A DNA stretch of 64,000 nucleotides from assembly GCA_049320885.1 (NCBI GenBank), contig JBMORA010000022.1, positions 73,403-137,402 on the forward strand. Direction: 5' to 3'. Source of the stretch: Thermodesulfobacteriota bacterium. GTDB lineage: Bacteria; Desulfobacterota; Desulfobacteria; Desulfobacterales; SURF-7. Positions 1 through 10,906 of the stretch are shown one piece after another (the stretch's first letter is position 1; every line of letters starts with the position of its first letter). Under the pieces are notes generated by a model. The model saw only the letters and a list, made by a program, of their open reading frames with translations, ran no database searches and had not been told where the DNA came from. The position numbers were made by a program, and so were the translations under genes.

Positions 1-2
1 TC

Positions 3-626
3 GACTGCCCGGGGGAAACCCCCGGTCTGTTGTCTTCCCCATCGCGGTGGACCCGGATCGATATGGCGGCGATTTCCTTCGGGCAAGGCGTATCCGTATC
101 GGCGGTCCAACTGGTCGCGGCCACCGCGGCCATTGCCAACGACGGTGTGTTGATGGCACCGCGGATCGTAAAGGCGTTGACGGACAACAACGGAAGGCTG
201 ATTCAATCCTTCGAGCCCCGGAAGGTCAGGGATGTGATTTCCCCGGTGTCGGCCCGGACCATCCGGTCCATCATGAACAGCGTCACCACGGAAGGCGGAA
301 CCGGCGTCAATGCGGCCATCGACGGGTATTCCGTTTGTGGCAAGACCGGGACGGCCCAGAAAATCGATGAGTCCGGAAGATACGCCAGGGGCAAATACAT
401 TTCCTCGTTTATCGGATTCGCTCCGTGTGAAAGTCCGGAAATCGTCGTGCTGGTGATACTGGACGAACCCAGGGAAAAGCATTACGGCGGCCTGGTGGCC
501 GCGCCGGCTTTCAGCAGGATCGTGCGGGAAACATTGAACTATATGAACATTACACCGGAGGAAAACCTCCAGCCCGACTGGAATCGAAAAATGACGCTGG
601 CCAAGGTGACGGATACCAAGAAATGA
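3..626 (+). CDS. ftsI: Penicillin-binding protein FtsI/PBP3, 3' part (5' end outside window)
   Basis: Frame is open to the window edge. It has the transpeptidase KTG motif (CGKTGTAQK) and ISFGQG, and its stop overlaps the murE start (ATGA). Confidence 0.93.
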   Translation, partial: DCPGETPGLLSSPSRWTRIDMAAISFGQGVSVSAVQLVAATAAIANDGVLMAPRIVKALTDNNGRLIQSFEPRKVRDVISPVSARTIRSIMNSVTTEGGTGVNAAIDGYSVCGKTGTAQKIDESGRYARGKYISSFIGFAPCESPEIVVLVILDEPREKHYGGLVAAPAFSRIVRETLNYMNITPEENLQPDWNRKMTLAKVTDTKK

Positions 627-2179
627 AACTGTCCCAGCTCACGGAAGAATTGTCGCCCAAAAAAATGATTCCGCCGGTCTCCGGCCACGGGGTGGTTTCC
701 ATGGATCCGGAAATCGAATCCATTCACTACCGCTCCAGCGAAGTCAGGCCGGGGGGCCTGTTTGTCGCGGTCCGGGGATTTGCCACCGACGGTCATGGGT
801 ACATTGAGGAGGCCATCAGCCGGGGGGCTGTCGCGATTGTGGCGGAGAGGCCCCTCGCGCTTCCCGTTGTGCTGGTGGAAGTGCCCAATTCCAGAAAGGC
901 GCTGGCCGTCGTGGCGGATCGATATTACCAACGCCCTTCCGAAAAGCTGGTGGTGATCGCCGTAACCGGAACCAATGGCAAGACCACTACGGCATCCTTG
1001 ATTGAGAGCATATTGCGGCAGGTCGGTTTCGAAACCGGCCTGATCAGCACGGTTTTTTGCCGTTATGCCGGCAAAACCCATGACAACCCCATGACAACAC
1101 CGGAATCACTGGATCTGCAGTCCATTTTGGCGCGGATGCTGGCCAGCGGCGTCACCCATGTGGTCATGGAAGCATCTTCCCATGCCATTGATCTGTTTCG
1201 GATCCAGAATTGTCGTCTGGATGTGGCGGTATTCACCAATTTAAGCCAGGATCATCTCGATTTTCATGGCAACATGCAGGCGTATTGGCAGGCCAAGAAG
1301 CGATTGTTCACGGATTATCTGCCGGCAGGCGCTAAAGGGAACCGGGCAACGGCGGTCATCAACTGCAGCAGTGAAAAAGGCCGGGAGCTGTTCGCCCTGC
1401 TTTCCGGAAATGCCGGCGCGCCTCAGATCCTGGGAGTGGGGGGCGATCCGGGCCTCGATCTGCGGCCGCTTCATGCCGAGATCGGACTCGGGGGCATTTC
1501 CGGCACAATGGAAACACCGTCGGGGACCTTTGCATTTCATTCTCCCTTGGCGGGCGGCTACAATCTGGAAAACATCCTCTGCGCCGCCGGAGCGGGATTC
1601 GCCTTGCATATCCCGCTGGAACGGATCCAGGCCGGTATCGAACGGTTCACTTCGGTGCCGGGAAGGCTGGAGGCGGTCCCTGATCGTTCCGGCCGCTTTG
1701 TTTTCATCGACTATGCGCATACGCCGGATGCGCTGGAAAATGTCCTGACCACGTTGCGGGCCGTTGCAACAGGACGGATCATTTGCATTTTCGGCTGTGG
1801 CGGGGACAGGGACAAAAGCAAACGCCCCCTGATGGGTAGAATCTCCATGGAGCATGCCGACTTGACCATTGTGACTTCTGATAATCCGCGCTCCGAGGAA
1901 CCGCTGCGCATCATCGAGGATATCGTGAACGGCATTCGGCCGCTCGATCCTTATTCCTACGGCCCGGAAACACTTGAGAACGGTATTCCCCGCAGCGGTT
2001 TTCTGGTCGAACCGGATCGGCGGGAGGCCATCCGCAAAGGCATTCAGGCAGCTGTTCCCGGGGATACGGTATTGATCGCCGGCAAAGGGCATGAAAAATA
2101 TCAGATCGTGGGGAAACAGAAACTGCCTTTTGACGATTTTGCCATAGCTCAGCAGGTAATTGAGGTCGGTGATGCATAA
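623..2179 (+). CDS. murE: UDP-MurNAc-tripeptide synthetase (meso-DAP type)
   Basis: Motifs VTGTNGKTT, TTPE, FTNLSQDHLDFH, DYAHTPD, SDNPR (DAP specificity) and AGKGHE. Confidence 0.97.
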   Translation: MKLSQLTEELSPKKMIPPVSGHGVVSMDPEIESIHYRSSEVRPGGLFVAVRGFATDGHGYIEEAISRGAVAIVAERPLALPVVLVEVPNSRKALAVVADRYYQRPSEKLVVIAVTGTNGKTTTASLIESILRQVGFETGLISTVFCRYAGKTHDNPMTTPESLDLQSILARMLASGVTHVVMEASSHAIDLFRIQNCRLDVAVFTNLSQDHLDFHGNMQAYWQAKKRLFTDYLPAGAKGNRATAVINCSSEKGRELFALLSGNAGAPQILGVGGDPGLDLRPLHAEIGLGGISGTMETPSGTFAFHSPLAGGYNLENILCAAGAGFALHIPLERIQAGIERFTSVPGRLEAVPDRSGRFVFIDYAHTPDALENVLTTLRAVATGRIICIFGCGGDRDKSKRPLMGRISMEHADLTIVTSDNPRSEEPLRIIEDIVNGIRPLDPYSYGPETLENGIPRSGFLVEPDRREAIRKGIQAAVPGDTVLIAGKGHEKYQIVGKQKLPFDDFAIAQQVIEVGDA

Positions 2180-3581
2180 ACCCATTCCATGGACCGTGGA
2201 GGATGTACTGGAGGCCACCGGAGGCCGGCTGGTATCAGGGGATCGTTCCTGCTTTTTCGAAGGGATTTCCATTGATTCCCGAACGCTTGCCGCTAACGAT
2301 CTGTTTGTGGCGATCCGCGGCCAGAAACATGACGGCCACCAGTTTATTGAAAATGTCGTCGCCGCTGGTTGCCGCGGTATCATTGTGGAAAAGACGGCGG
2401 TGGAAAAACTGTCGCTGCCGCTTGACATGCGGCGGAACGGCATGTTCGTGGCGGTGACGGATACAACCCAGGCCCTGGCCGATCTGGCCGCCTACCAGCG
2501 CCGGCGATCCCAGGCGGCGGTTATCGGCATCACCGGCTCAAACGGCAAAACATCGACCAAGGAACTGACCATGGCCGTGTTCGGGCAGAAGTTTCCGAGT
2601 CTGGCCACGGCAGGCAATTTCAACAATGAAATCGGTCTGCCCTTGACGTTGCTGCGGCTGGGGTATCATCACCAGTGGGCCGTTCTGGAACTCGGTATGA
2701 ACCATCCGGGTGAAATCCGGGCATTGGCCCGGATTTGCAGTCCCGATATCGGTATCATCACCAATGTGGGCACCGCCCATCTCGAAGGCGTCGGATCCAT
2801 TGAGGGGGTGATGCAGGCCAAGGGCGAGCTGCTGGGGGAAATCAAGCGATCGGGTGTGGCGGTTCTGAACAGCGATGATCCCCGGGTGCGGCAATTGGCC
2901 GGCAGGGCGCATTCATCCGTGCTCCTCTATGGCACCGGCGATGAGGCGGACGTCCAAGGGCGTGATGTCCGTCAGGAAGGTCTGGGATATTCTTTTTCGT
3001 TGATGCTGCCGGATGGGGAAAGCACCGACATTCATCTGGCAAGCCCGGGCCGGTTCATGGTTTCAAACGCGCTGGCGGCCGCAACCGCGGGGTATGCGGC
3101 CGGGATCGATGCGGGAACCATCCGCAAGGGGCTGGAAAATTGTAAACCGGTCAAGGGGCGGCTGGGGCTGCTGCGAAGCACAAAAGGATTTAATATCATT
3201 GATGATACATATAATGCAAATCCGGATTCGATGAAACAGGCCATCGCCACGCTGGCTGCCCTGAAAAAGGACCGGCGGGCGTTCCTGGCGCTCGGGGATA
3301 TGTATGAATTGGGTACGCAGGCGGCGGAATTGCACAAGACCGTCGGGGAATTTGCCGCCCGTTCCGGCATCGATCGACTGTATGTTATCGGAAATTTCGC
3401 GGAATATGTGGTCCAGGGGGCCTTGGAGGCCGGCATGGCGGCCGGGCGGATCCGCAGTGGCGATCCAGAGAGCCTGATCGAGGAAATGCGACGGGAACTT
3501 CAACAGGATGAATGGGTTCTGGTGAAAGGCTCCCGGGCCATGAAAATGGAGACGGTGGTGCAGGGGTTGATGGCTTCCTGA
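2172..3581 (+). CDS. murF: UDP-MurNAc-tripeptide--D-Ala-D-Ala ligase
   Basis: Motifs ITGSNGKTSTKE, NFNNEIGLPLTL, ELGMNHPGEI, DDTYNANPDSM and LVKGSR. ATG 2172 overlaps the murE end. Confidence 0.97.
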   Translation: MHKPIPWTVEDVLEATGGRLVSGDRSCFFEGISIDSRTLAANDLFVAIRGQKHDGHQFIENVVAAGCRGIIVEKTAVEKLSLPLDMRRNGMFVAVTDTTQALADLAAYQRRRSQAAVIGITGSNGKTSTKELTMAVFGQKFPSLATAGNFNNEIGLPLTLLRLGYHHQWAVLELGMNHPGEIRALARICSPDIGIITNVGTAHLEGVGSIEGVMQAKGELLGEIKRSGVAVLNSDDPRVRQLAGRAHSSVLLYGTGDEADVQGRDVRQEGLGYSFSLMLPDGESTDIHLASPGRFMVSNALAAATAGYAAGIDAGTIRKGLENCKPVKGRLGLLRSTKGFNIIDDTYNANPDSMKQAIATLAALKKDRRAFLALGDMYELGTQAAELHKTVGEFAARSGIDRLYVIGNFAEYVVQGALEAGMAAGRIRSGDPESLIEEMRRELQQDEWVLVKGSRAMKMETVVQGLMAS

Positions 3582-3704
3582 AAAAAAAAGCGTCTGGATG
3601 TATTTTTTATACAATATATAGTGGATTTTCGAATGACTTTCTACTATAGAGGGTTCTGACGGAGCAAAACTGATGGAAAACACGCACCAAGGAACGGCCG
3701 GCAG

Positions 3705-4784
3705 ATGATTTACCATTTCTTATATCCGCTGCATACGGTTGTAACGGCATTCAATGTATTCCGTTATATCACTTTTCGAACGATCTATGCCAGTTTGACC
3801 GCGTTCCTGATATGTTTTTTCCTCGGTCCCTGGGTGATCCGGACCCTTGCCAAGCTTCAGATCGGCCAGTATGTGCGCAAAGACGGCCCCCAATCGCATT
3901 TCGACAAGGCCGGCACCCCCACCATGGGCGGCCTGCTGATCATGGCGGCGGTTATCGCCGCCACCCTGTTATGGACGGATCTGGGAAATTTCTACATCTG
4001 GATCATCCTGCTGATTTCCGTGGGATTTACCGCCATTGGTTTCATGGACGATTATCTGATGCAGATCAAGAAACAAAGCAAGGGGTTGAGCGCGCGGGGC
4101 AAATTCTACCTGCAGGTGGTGGTTGCGCTGGCCTGTGCCGTTCTGCTGCAGTTCAACCCGGAATTCAACACCCGCGTCACCGTGCCGTTTTTCAAAACCA
4201 TATCCCCGGATCTGGGCTATGGATATATCCTGTTTGCCGTTTTCGTGATCGTCGGCACTTCCAATGCCGTCAACCTCACCGATGGATTGGACGGCCTGGC
4301 CATCGGCCCGGTCTTGATTTCAGCGGTCACCTATATGGTATTCGCTTACCTGGCGGGACACGCCAGGATGGCAACTTATCTCCAGATCCCCCATGTTCCC
4401 GGCTCCGGCGAAATCACGGTATTTTGCGGCGCGCTTGCCGGGGCAGCCCTGGGATTTTTGTGGTTCAATACCTATCCGGCGCAGATTTTCATGGGCGACG
4501 TCGGTTCCCTGCCCTTGGGAGCCATCCTGGGAACGGTCGCGGTCATCACCAAACAGGAAATATTGCTGGTCATTGTCGGCGGACTTTTCGTGGTGGAGGC
4601 GCTTTCGGTTATTTTTCAGGTCGGTTTTTTCAAGATGACCAACGGCCGGCGAATCTTCCGGATGGCGCCGCTGCATCATCATTTTGAATTGAAAGGCTGG
4701 CCGGAACCGAAAGTCATCGTCCGGTTTTGGATCATCGCCATCGCCCTGGCGTTGATCTCCATGAGCACCCTGAAATTGCGGTAA
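3705..4784 (+). CDS. mraY: Phospho-MurNAc-pentapeptide transferase
   Basis: Multi-TM protein with [29 protein letters not shown] and MAPLHHHFE. Confidence 0.98.
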   Translation: MIYHFLYPLHTVVTAFNVFRYITFRTIYASLTAFLICFFLGPWVIRTLAKLQIGQYVRKDGPQSHFDKAGTPTMGGLLIMAAVIAATLLWTDLGNFYIWIILLISVGFTAIGFMDDYLMQIKKQSKGLSARGKFYLQVVVALACAVLLQFNPEFNTRVTVPFFKTISPDLGYGYILFAVFVIVGTSNAVNLTDGLDGLAIGPVLISAVTYMVFAYLAGHARMATYLQIPHVPGSGEITVFCGALAGAALGFLWFNTYPAQIFMGDVGSLPLGAILGTVAVITKQEILLVIVGGLFVVEALSVIFQVGFFKMTNGRRIFRMAPLHHHFELKGWPEPKVIVRFWIIAIALALISMSTLKLR

Positions 4785-4791
4785 CGGCATC

Positions 4792-6165
4792 ATGACAGGG
4801 ATGAAGGAATTGGCAGGCAGGAAGATCGTCATAGCGGGACTGGGCAAATCCGGTCAGGGGGCCGCCGTTTTCCTGAGCGGCCTCGGAGCTGATTTGACGG
4901 TGACGGATATGGCTTCTTCCGACCAGCTGGCGAAAAGCCTGCAGCCGCTTCGCGCTGCCGGCATCCGGATGGAGTTGGGGGGGCATCGGACCGAAACATT
5001 CACCGGAGCGGACCTGATTGTGTTGAGTCCCGGCGTTCCCCACACCATCGAGCCGGTTCGGGAGGCGCTGAAAAAAGGGATTCCGGTTTGGGGGGAGGTC
5101 GAACTGGCATCGCGGTTTATCGAGGAGCCGCTGGTGGCGATTACGGGCACCAACGGCAAAACCACCACGACGGAGCTGATCGGCGCCATGCTTTCCGCGT
5201 CCGGTTTGAAGCCGTTTGTGGGCGGCAATATCGGGACACCCCTGATCGAATATGTCATGAGAAAGGAAAAAGCCGACTTGGTGGTTGCCGAAATCAGCAG
5301 TTTTCAACTCGACACCATTGAGCGGTTTTCTCCGCGGGTGGCGGTATTGTTGAATGTTACGGCGGATCATCTGGATCGCTATGCCGGAATGGCGGAGTAC
5401 GCCGCCTCCAAGGCGCGGATTTTTGAAAATCAGCTGCCGACGGATACGGCTGTATTGAACGCGGGCGACGAATGGGTCCGGATGGTGACGAAGCCGATAG
5501 CCTCCCGGAAAATGTATTTCGGCGGAGAGCCGCGGGGCGCCGACAATGCGCTGATAACGAAAGATAAAATCGTCATCGGGCTCCAGGGCGGCCAGTCCGG
5601 TTCCATTGACCTCGGCAGCGTTTCCCTGAAGGGGCGGCACAATCATGAAAACATCGCCGCCGCTGCTCTGGCTGCACTTGCGGCCGGCGGGAACATGGAC
5701 GGCATCCGGTCGGCCCTGAAGGAATACCGGGGGCTTGCCCACCGCCTGGAGCTGGTGGGCCGGAAAGCGGGCGTGGATTATTATGACGACTCCAAGGCCA
5801 CCAATGTGGACGCGGTGGTGCGGGCGGTGGAGAGTTTCCGGGGTGATCTGATCCTCATCATGGGCGGCAGGGACAAGGGCGGCGAATATACGCCGCTGGA
5901 AGCCCCCGTGCGGGAAAAAGTCAAGCTCCTGATCGTCCTGGGGGAGGCGTCGGCGAAAATTCAATCGGCACTGGGACATCTGACCGATACCCGCAAGGTC
6001 GTTTCCATGGAAGAGGCGGTGGCCATGGCCCATGGCGCCGCCGGGCCGGGCGACACCGTGCTGCTGTCACCGGCATGTTCCAGTTTCGATATGTTTGACA
6101 GCTACGCCCACCGGGGAGATGTTTTCCGTCGGGCGGTGGCGGGGATACAGGAGGTGGTTGCGTGA
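4792..6165 (+). CDS. murD: UDP-MurNAc-L-Ala--D-Glu ligase
   Basis: Motifs GLGKSG, SPGVP, ITGTNGKTTT, EISSFQL, DDSKATN and LLSPACSSFDMF. Confidence 0.97.
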   Translation: MTGMKELAGRKIVIAGLGKSGQGAAVFLSGLGADLTVTDMASSDQLAKSLQPLRAAGIRMELGGHRTETFTGADLIVLSPGVPHTIEPVREALKKGIPVWGEVELASRFIEEPLVAITGTNGKTTTTELIGAMLSASGLKPFVGGNIGTPLIEYVMRKEKADLVVAEISSFQLDTIERFSPRVAVLLNVTADHLDRYAGMAEYAASKARIFENQLPTDTAVLNAGDEWVRMVTKPIASRKMYFGGEPRGADNALITKDKIVIGLQGGQSGSIDLGSVSLKGRHNHENIAAAALAALAAGGNMDGIRSALKEYRGLAHRLELVGRKAGVDYYDDSKATNVDAVVRAVESFRGDLILIMGGRDKGGEYTPLEAPVREKVKLLIVLGEASAKIQSALGHLTDTRKVVSMEEAVAMAHGAAGPGDTVLLSPACSSFDMFDSYAHRGDVFRRAVAGIQEVVA

Positions 6166-7277
6166 GCAAGGAAAGCAAGAAGACCATTTCCTTCGCGTAT
6201 GACGTGACCCTGCTGTTTCCAGTGTTGTTTCTGGTGGGCATCGGCGTGGTCATGGTCTACAGCTCCAGTTCGGCATTGGCGATGAAGAAATACGGCAATG
6301 ACTATTATTTTCTGGAGCGGCAGTTGTCCTTTGCCATATTGGGAATTATCGCTCTTGTCATTTGCCGCTATGTGCCGTACCGGTATTACCAGCATCTGTC
6401 CTATGTTTTCCTGCTGCTGGCGATCCTGCTGCTGATCGCCGTGCAATTTTCCGGCATCGCCTACTCCGCCGGAGGGGCCCAGCGATGGCTGCGGTTCATG
6501 GGGATCTCGTTTCAACCCTCCGAATTCGCCCGTTTCGCCATGATTATCTATCTGGCGTATTCCCTCAGCAAGAAACGGAACAACATCCATGTTTTTTCCA
6601 TCGGTTTCGTGCCCCATGTCGCGGTACTTGGCCTTCTGGCCGTATTGATCCTGCTGCAACCGGACTTCGGATCTGTGGCGATTCTCTGTGCCCTGACCTG
6701 GATCATGCTGTTTGTCGGCGGCGTGAGATTCGTACACCTGCTTTCGGGGTTGCTGGTGGCGCTGCCGCTGGGCTATTACGTTTTGTTCAATTCCGAATAC
6801 CGCATGAAGCGGATACTCAGTTATCTCGATCCCTGGCAATACCCGGCCGATGAGGGGTATCAGATCATCCATTCCCTGATGGCCTTCGGGACGGGCGGGA
6901 TATGGGGGACCGGAATCGGGCAGGGATATCAGAAATTGTTCTATCTTCCGGAACCGCATACGGATTTCATTTTTTCCGTTATTGGGGAAGAACTCGGACT
7001 GTGGGGCGTATCGGTCATCCTGGTTCTGTTTTTGATCCTGCTCTGGCGCGGGGTGGTGATCGCCAAAAACACGGAAAACCTGTTCGGAGCCTTTCTGGCC
7101 GTCGGCCTGACCACTGCGGTCGGCCTTCAGGTCTGCGTCAATATGGGCGTCACTGTCGGTTTGTTGCCGACCAAGGGTCTTACCCTGCCATTTTTGAGTT
7201 ACGGCGGCAGTTCATTGCTGGTCAACATGGCTTGTATCGGGATTCTGATGAACATAGGGGCGGCAAAAACGACATGA
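6162..7277 (+). CDS. ftsW: SEDS peptidoglycan polymerase FtsW
   Basis: Multi-TM protein with GAQRW, FQPSEF, QPDFGS, LPEPHTDFIF and LPFLSYGGSS; dcw position. Confidence 0.96.
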   Translation: MSKESKKTISFAYDVTLLFPVLFLVGIGVVMVYSSSSALAMKKYGNDYYFLERQLSFAILGIIALVICRYVPYRYYQHLSYVFLLLAILLLIAVQFSGIAYSAGGAQRWLRFMGISFQPSEFARFAMIIYLAYSLSKKRNNIHVFSIGFVPHVAVLGLLAVLILLQPDFGSVAILCALTWIMLFVGGVRFVHLLSGLLVALPLGYYVLFNSEYRMKRILSYLDPWQYPADEGYQIIHSLMAFGTGGIWGTGIGQGYQKLFYLPEPHTDFIFSVIGEELGLWGVSVILVLFLILLWRGVVIAKNTENLFGAFLAVGLTTAVGLQVCVNMGVTVGLLPTKGLTLPFLSYGGSSLLVNMACIGILMNIGAAKTT

Positions 7278-8557
7278 AAAAAATGCCATTCCATTCGCTT
7301 ATGTCCGAGACGGAAGGGTTCGCGCGGCATCAATGGGGATACCAGCAGGGGGGATACCAGCAGGGGGAATACCAGTTGGAAGCCTACCGGCCTTTCACCG
7401 CCATTGGGTTGTTCGGGGCGGCGGCGAGCGAAAAAACCGCGTCCGAACCCTTTACGATTCTCATGGCCGGGGGGATAACCGGCGGACATCTTTTTCCGGG
7501 CATCGCCATTGCGGAAGCTTTTTGCGAGAAGAATTCCGCCCATCGGATTGTCTTTGTCAGCGTCGGCAATCCGTTTGAACGTGCCGTATTGGGGAAGACG
7601 ATGTTTGAAACCCGTTGGGTCCGGATCGAAGGCATCAAGGGGCGGAGTGTCTGGCGGAAGCTCAAGGCGGTTGCGAAAATTCCGGGCTGCATTCTGGAGT
7701 CGGCCGGGATCATCCGGGAATGCCGGCCGCGGCTGGTCATCGGACTGGGGGGCTTTTCATCCGGACCGGTGGTGGTCGCCGCCAGGCTCCTCGGCATCCC
7801 GGTGGTGCTCCACGAGCAGAATATACTGCCGGGAATCACCAACCGGCTGCTGGCCCGTTTCGCCCGCCGGGTATATGTATCCTTTCCGAATACGAAAATT
7901 GCCGTCAGGGGCGATTCCATCCGCTTGACCGGCAATCCGGTTCGCCGGGATATTCTGGCCAGCGGTGATCTCCCGCCGGAAGCCGCGGAGCCGGCTGTAT
8001 CGAAAACGGAAAAGCGGTTCACGGTGCTGGTGCTTGGCGGCAGCCAGGGGGCGCACCGGATCAATATGGCGGTGATTGAAGCCTTGGGGATGCTGCGGAA
8101 TCCCGCCGATTACTGTTTCATCCACCAGACAGGGGAGGCGGATGAAGGCCTGGTCAAGGGCGCCTATATGGGCCACGGCATTACGGCGGATGTGCGGGCG
8201 TTTTTTCATGGGCTGGCCGATCAGTACCGCCAGGCCGATCTGATCATCTGCCGGGCCGGGGCAACCACCATAGCGGAAATCACGGCGATCGGAAAGCCGG
8301 CCGTTTTCATCCCCTATCCGTATGCGGCGGACGACCACCAGTTATGGAATGCCAGGGCCCTGGCCGACCATGGGGCCGCCGATGTCCTGATTGAAAAGGA
8401 ATTGTGCGGGGCAGCGATCGCCGAAAAAATAGATGGCTGGTTATCCCGTCCGGAGCGTCTCGAGCAGATGGCGATCCTCTCGAGAAAGATGGGCAGGCCG
8501 AATGCGGCGGAGGATATTGTCGCGGATTGTTATGAATTGCTGAATGGTTCGGAATAA
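7274..8557 (+). CDS. murG: Undecaprenyl-PP-MurNAc-pentapeptide GlcNAc transferase with an N-terminal extension of about 60 aa
   Basis: Motifs GGITGGHLFPG, HEQN, GNPVR, GGSQGA, RAGATT and DHQLWNA. ATG 7274 overlaps the ftsW stop (ATGA). Confidence 0.95.
   Translation: MKKMPFHSLMSETEGFARHQWGYQQGGYQQGEYQLEAYRPFTAIGLFGAAASEKTASEPFTILMAGGITGGHLFPGIAIAEAFCEKNSAHRIVFVSVGNPFERAVLGKTMFETRWVRIEGIKGRSVWRKLKAVAKIPGCILESAGIIRECRPRLVIGLGGFSSGPVVVAARLLGIPVVLHEQNILPGITNRLLARFARRVYVSFPNTKIAVRGDSIRLTGNPVRRDILASGDLPPEAAEPAVSKTEKRFTVLVLGGSQGAHRINMAVIEALGMLRNPADYCFIHQTGEADEGLVKGAYMGHGITADVRAFFHGLADQYRQADLIICRAGATTIAEITAIGKPAVFIPYPYAADDHQLWNARALADHGAADVLIEKELCGAAIAEKIDGWLSRPERLEQMAILSRKMGRPNAAEDIVADCYELLNGSE
7335..7379 (+). 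repeat. Three 15-bp in-frame tandem repeats in the murG 5' extension
   Basis: GGGGATACCAGCAGG twice, then GGGAATACCAGTTGG; encodes GYQQG-GYQQG-EYQLE. Confidence 0.9.
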
Positions 8558-8563
8558 GACGGG

Positions 8564-9946
8564 ATGTATTTAAAAACCTATCACATATTTTTTGTCGGCA
8601 TCGGCGGCATCGGCATGAGCGGGATCGCGGAATTGTTGCTGAACCTGGGGTATAAGGTTTCCGGCTCCGATATCCGCTCCTCGGACATCACCAGGCGTCT
8701 TCAGCGGCTCGGCGGCACCATTTATGAAGGGCATGCCGGTCATCAGATCCAGGGGGCGGATGTGGTGGTCACGTCTTCCGCCATCGGACCGGGCAATCCG
8801 GAAGTGACGGCGGCCCGCAAGGCGGCCATTCCGGTGATCCCCCGCGCGGAAATGCTGGCTGAATTGATGCGTATCAAATACAGCATCGCGGTGGCCGGAG
8901 CCCATGGAAAAACCTCAACGACTTCGATCATCGCGGCCGTGCTGGCCCAGGGAGGTCTCGACCCCACGGTGGTCATCGGCGGCAAGCTGAAAAGCATCGA
9001 CACCAATGCCGTCCTGGGCGGCGGGGAATTCATCGTGGCGGAGGCCGACGAGAGCGACGGCTCATTCCTGAAATACAGCCCGGCCATCGCCGTGGTGACC
9101 AATATCGACCGGGAGCATCTGGATTTCTATCCGGACCTTCCCGCCATCAAAAAGGTGTTTGTCGATTTCATCGACCGGATTCCCTTTTACGGCTTGGCGG
9201 TGCTTTGTCTCGATAATGAATCGATTCAGGATCTGATTCCAGCGGTAAAAAAACGGTTCACGACCTACGGCCTGAACACCCAGGCGGATTTGCAGGCCAG
9301 ACAGGTCAGCCATAAAGGGCCGACCAGTCAATTTACCCTGATTCATCGCGGCCGCCCGCTGGGAGAAATCCTGCTCAACCTGCCGGGAACCCATAATGTC
9401 CAGAACGCCATGGCCAGCATCGCCGTCGGGCTGGAGCTGGGGATTCCGTTTCCGACCATCAAAGCCGCACTTGAAACGCTGCCGGGCGTTCGACGGAGAA
9501 TGGAGATCAAGGGCGAGGGGCACGGCATCACCGTCATGGATGATTACGGGCATCACCCCACGGAAATCAAAAGCACTTTGAGCGCGATCCGACAAAGCTG
9601 GCCCCATAAGCGTCTGGTGGTTGTTTTCCAGCCGCATCGATACACCAGAACCCGGGCCCTCTTCGATGAATTCACCCGCGCGTTTTATCAATCGGACTCC
9701 CTGGTGGTGCTGCCGATTTATGCCGCCGGCGAGGAACCGATTCCGGGGGTCGAAGCCGGGCGACTGTTTGAAAACATCCGCGATCATGGACATAAGGATG
9801 TGATTTATTTCGGGGAGCCGGCTGCGGCCGTCCCCTATTTGATGAAAACACTGAAGCAGGGGGATATATTGCTGACACTGGGGGCGGGTGATGTCTGGAA
9901 ACTCGGCGAGCAGCTGTTGCAACAGTTAGCCGGCGCCAACGAATGA
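8564..9946 (+). CDS. murC: UDP-MurNAc--L-Ala ligase
   Basis: Motifs GIGGIGMSG, AGAHGKTSTT, EADESDGSF, DDYGHHPTE and FQPHRYTRT. Confidence 0.98.
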   Translation: MYLKTYHIFFVGIGGIGMSGIAELLLNLGYKVSGSDIRSSDITRRLQRLGGTIYEGHAGHQIQGADVVVTSSAIGPGNPEVTAARKAAIPVIPRAEMLAELMRIKYSIAVAGAHGKTSTTSIIAAVLAQGGLDPTVVIGGKLKSIDTNAVLGGGEFIVAEADESDGSFLKYSPAIAVVTNIDREHLDFYPDLPAIKKVFVDFIDRIPFYGLAVLCLDNESIQDLIPAVKKRFTTYGLNTQADLQARQVSHKGPTSQFTLIHRGRPLGEILLNLPGTHNVQNAMASIAVGLELGIPFPTIKAALETLPGVRRRMEIKGEGHGITVMDDYGHHPTEIKSTLSAIRQSWPHKRLVVVFQPHRYTRTRALFDEFTRAFYQSDSLVVLPIYAAGEEPIPGVEAGRLFENIRDHGHKDVIYFGEPAAAVPYLMKTLKQGDILLTLGAGDVWKLGEQLLQQLAGANE

Positions 9947-9955
9947 GAAAACGCC

Positions 9956-10906
9956 ATGGGTTTTTCGGAACGGCAGAAAAAATGGCTGACCGGTCTCGTG
10001 GGGCCGCGAGCGGTCTTCGACGAACCCATGAAACGGCATACGTCCTTTCGGGTGGGCGGAAAAGCCGAGGCGCTGGTCATAGCGGCGGATGTTTCGGAGT
10101 TGGTTCAGCTGCTTTCCTTCTCGCGGGATAGCGGACAACCCTATTTCGTCATCGGTGCCGGCACCAACCTGCTGGTGAGGGACGAGGGGATCAGGGGGCT
10201 GGTGATTGCCGTGACCAAGGCAATGGGAAAAATCGACCGGGAACCGGAAAACGGTACGGATGTGATCGTGAACGCAATGGCGGGGGCGAGCTTGAAATCT
10301 CTTTGTCGATATGCCGCGGATGCCGGGCTTTCCGGCATCAATTTCGCAACCGGCATCCCCGGCACCGTGGGCGGCGCTCTCCGCATGAACGCCGGCACGA
10401 CAGCCGGCGCGGTGGGCGATATCGTGATCGGAATAACCGCGCTGTTGCCCGGGGGGGAGATCCGGATGCTGACCCGGGAATCCCTCGGCTTCGCGTACCG
10501 GAGAATGCAATGGCCGGCCGGCTGCATGGGGAAGGAGTCCGCGTCACCGCCGATCATCATCGACGCCCGCTTCCGGCTGGTCCCCGGAGATTCCACGGCC
10601 ATCAAGGCGGAAGCGAAGGCCTTGTGGACGGAGCGGAAACGGAAGCAGCCGTTGAATCGCCCCAGCGCCGGATGCATTTTCAAAAATCCGTCCCCGGAGA
10701 CGCCGGCCGGCATGCTCATTGAAAAGGCCGGCCTCAAGGGAAAGCAATCCGGGGGAGCCCGGGTTTCGGACCTGCATGCCAATTTCATTGTGAATGAGGG
10801 GGACGCCAGCGCCGCCGATATTCTGCGGTTGATGGAAATCGTTCAGGAGACCGTTTGGAAGCGATACAACATCCGACTGGAGCCGGAGGTTCAAATTGTC
10901 GGGTAG
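9956..10906 (+). CDS. murB: UDP-N-acetylenolpyruvoylglucosamine reductase
   Basis: Motifs HTSFRVGG, IPGTVGGALRMNAG, SAGCIFKNP, HANFIVN and LEPEV. Confidence 0.96.
   Translation: MGFSERQKKWLTGLVGPRAVFDEPMKRHTSFRVGGKAEALVIAADVSELVQLLSFSRDSGQPYFVIGAGTNLLVRDEGIRGLVIAVTKAMGKIDREPENGTDVIVNAMAGASLKSLCRYAADAGLSGINFATGIPGTVGGALRMNAGTTAGAVGDIVIGITALLPGGEIRMLTRESLGFAYRRMQWPAGCMGKESASPPIIIDARFRLVPGDSTAIKAEAKALWTERKRKQPLNRPSAGCIFKNPSPETPAGMLIEKAGLKGKQSGGARVSDLHANFIVNEGDASAADILRLMEIVQETVWKRYNIRLEPEVQIVG

Noticed and set aside
6902..7273. 551-aa MurG as given by the ORF track
   Set aside because: The upstream part overlaps ftsW in another frame; ATG 7274 coupled to the ftsW stop is the plausible earliest start.
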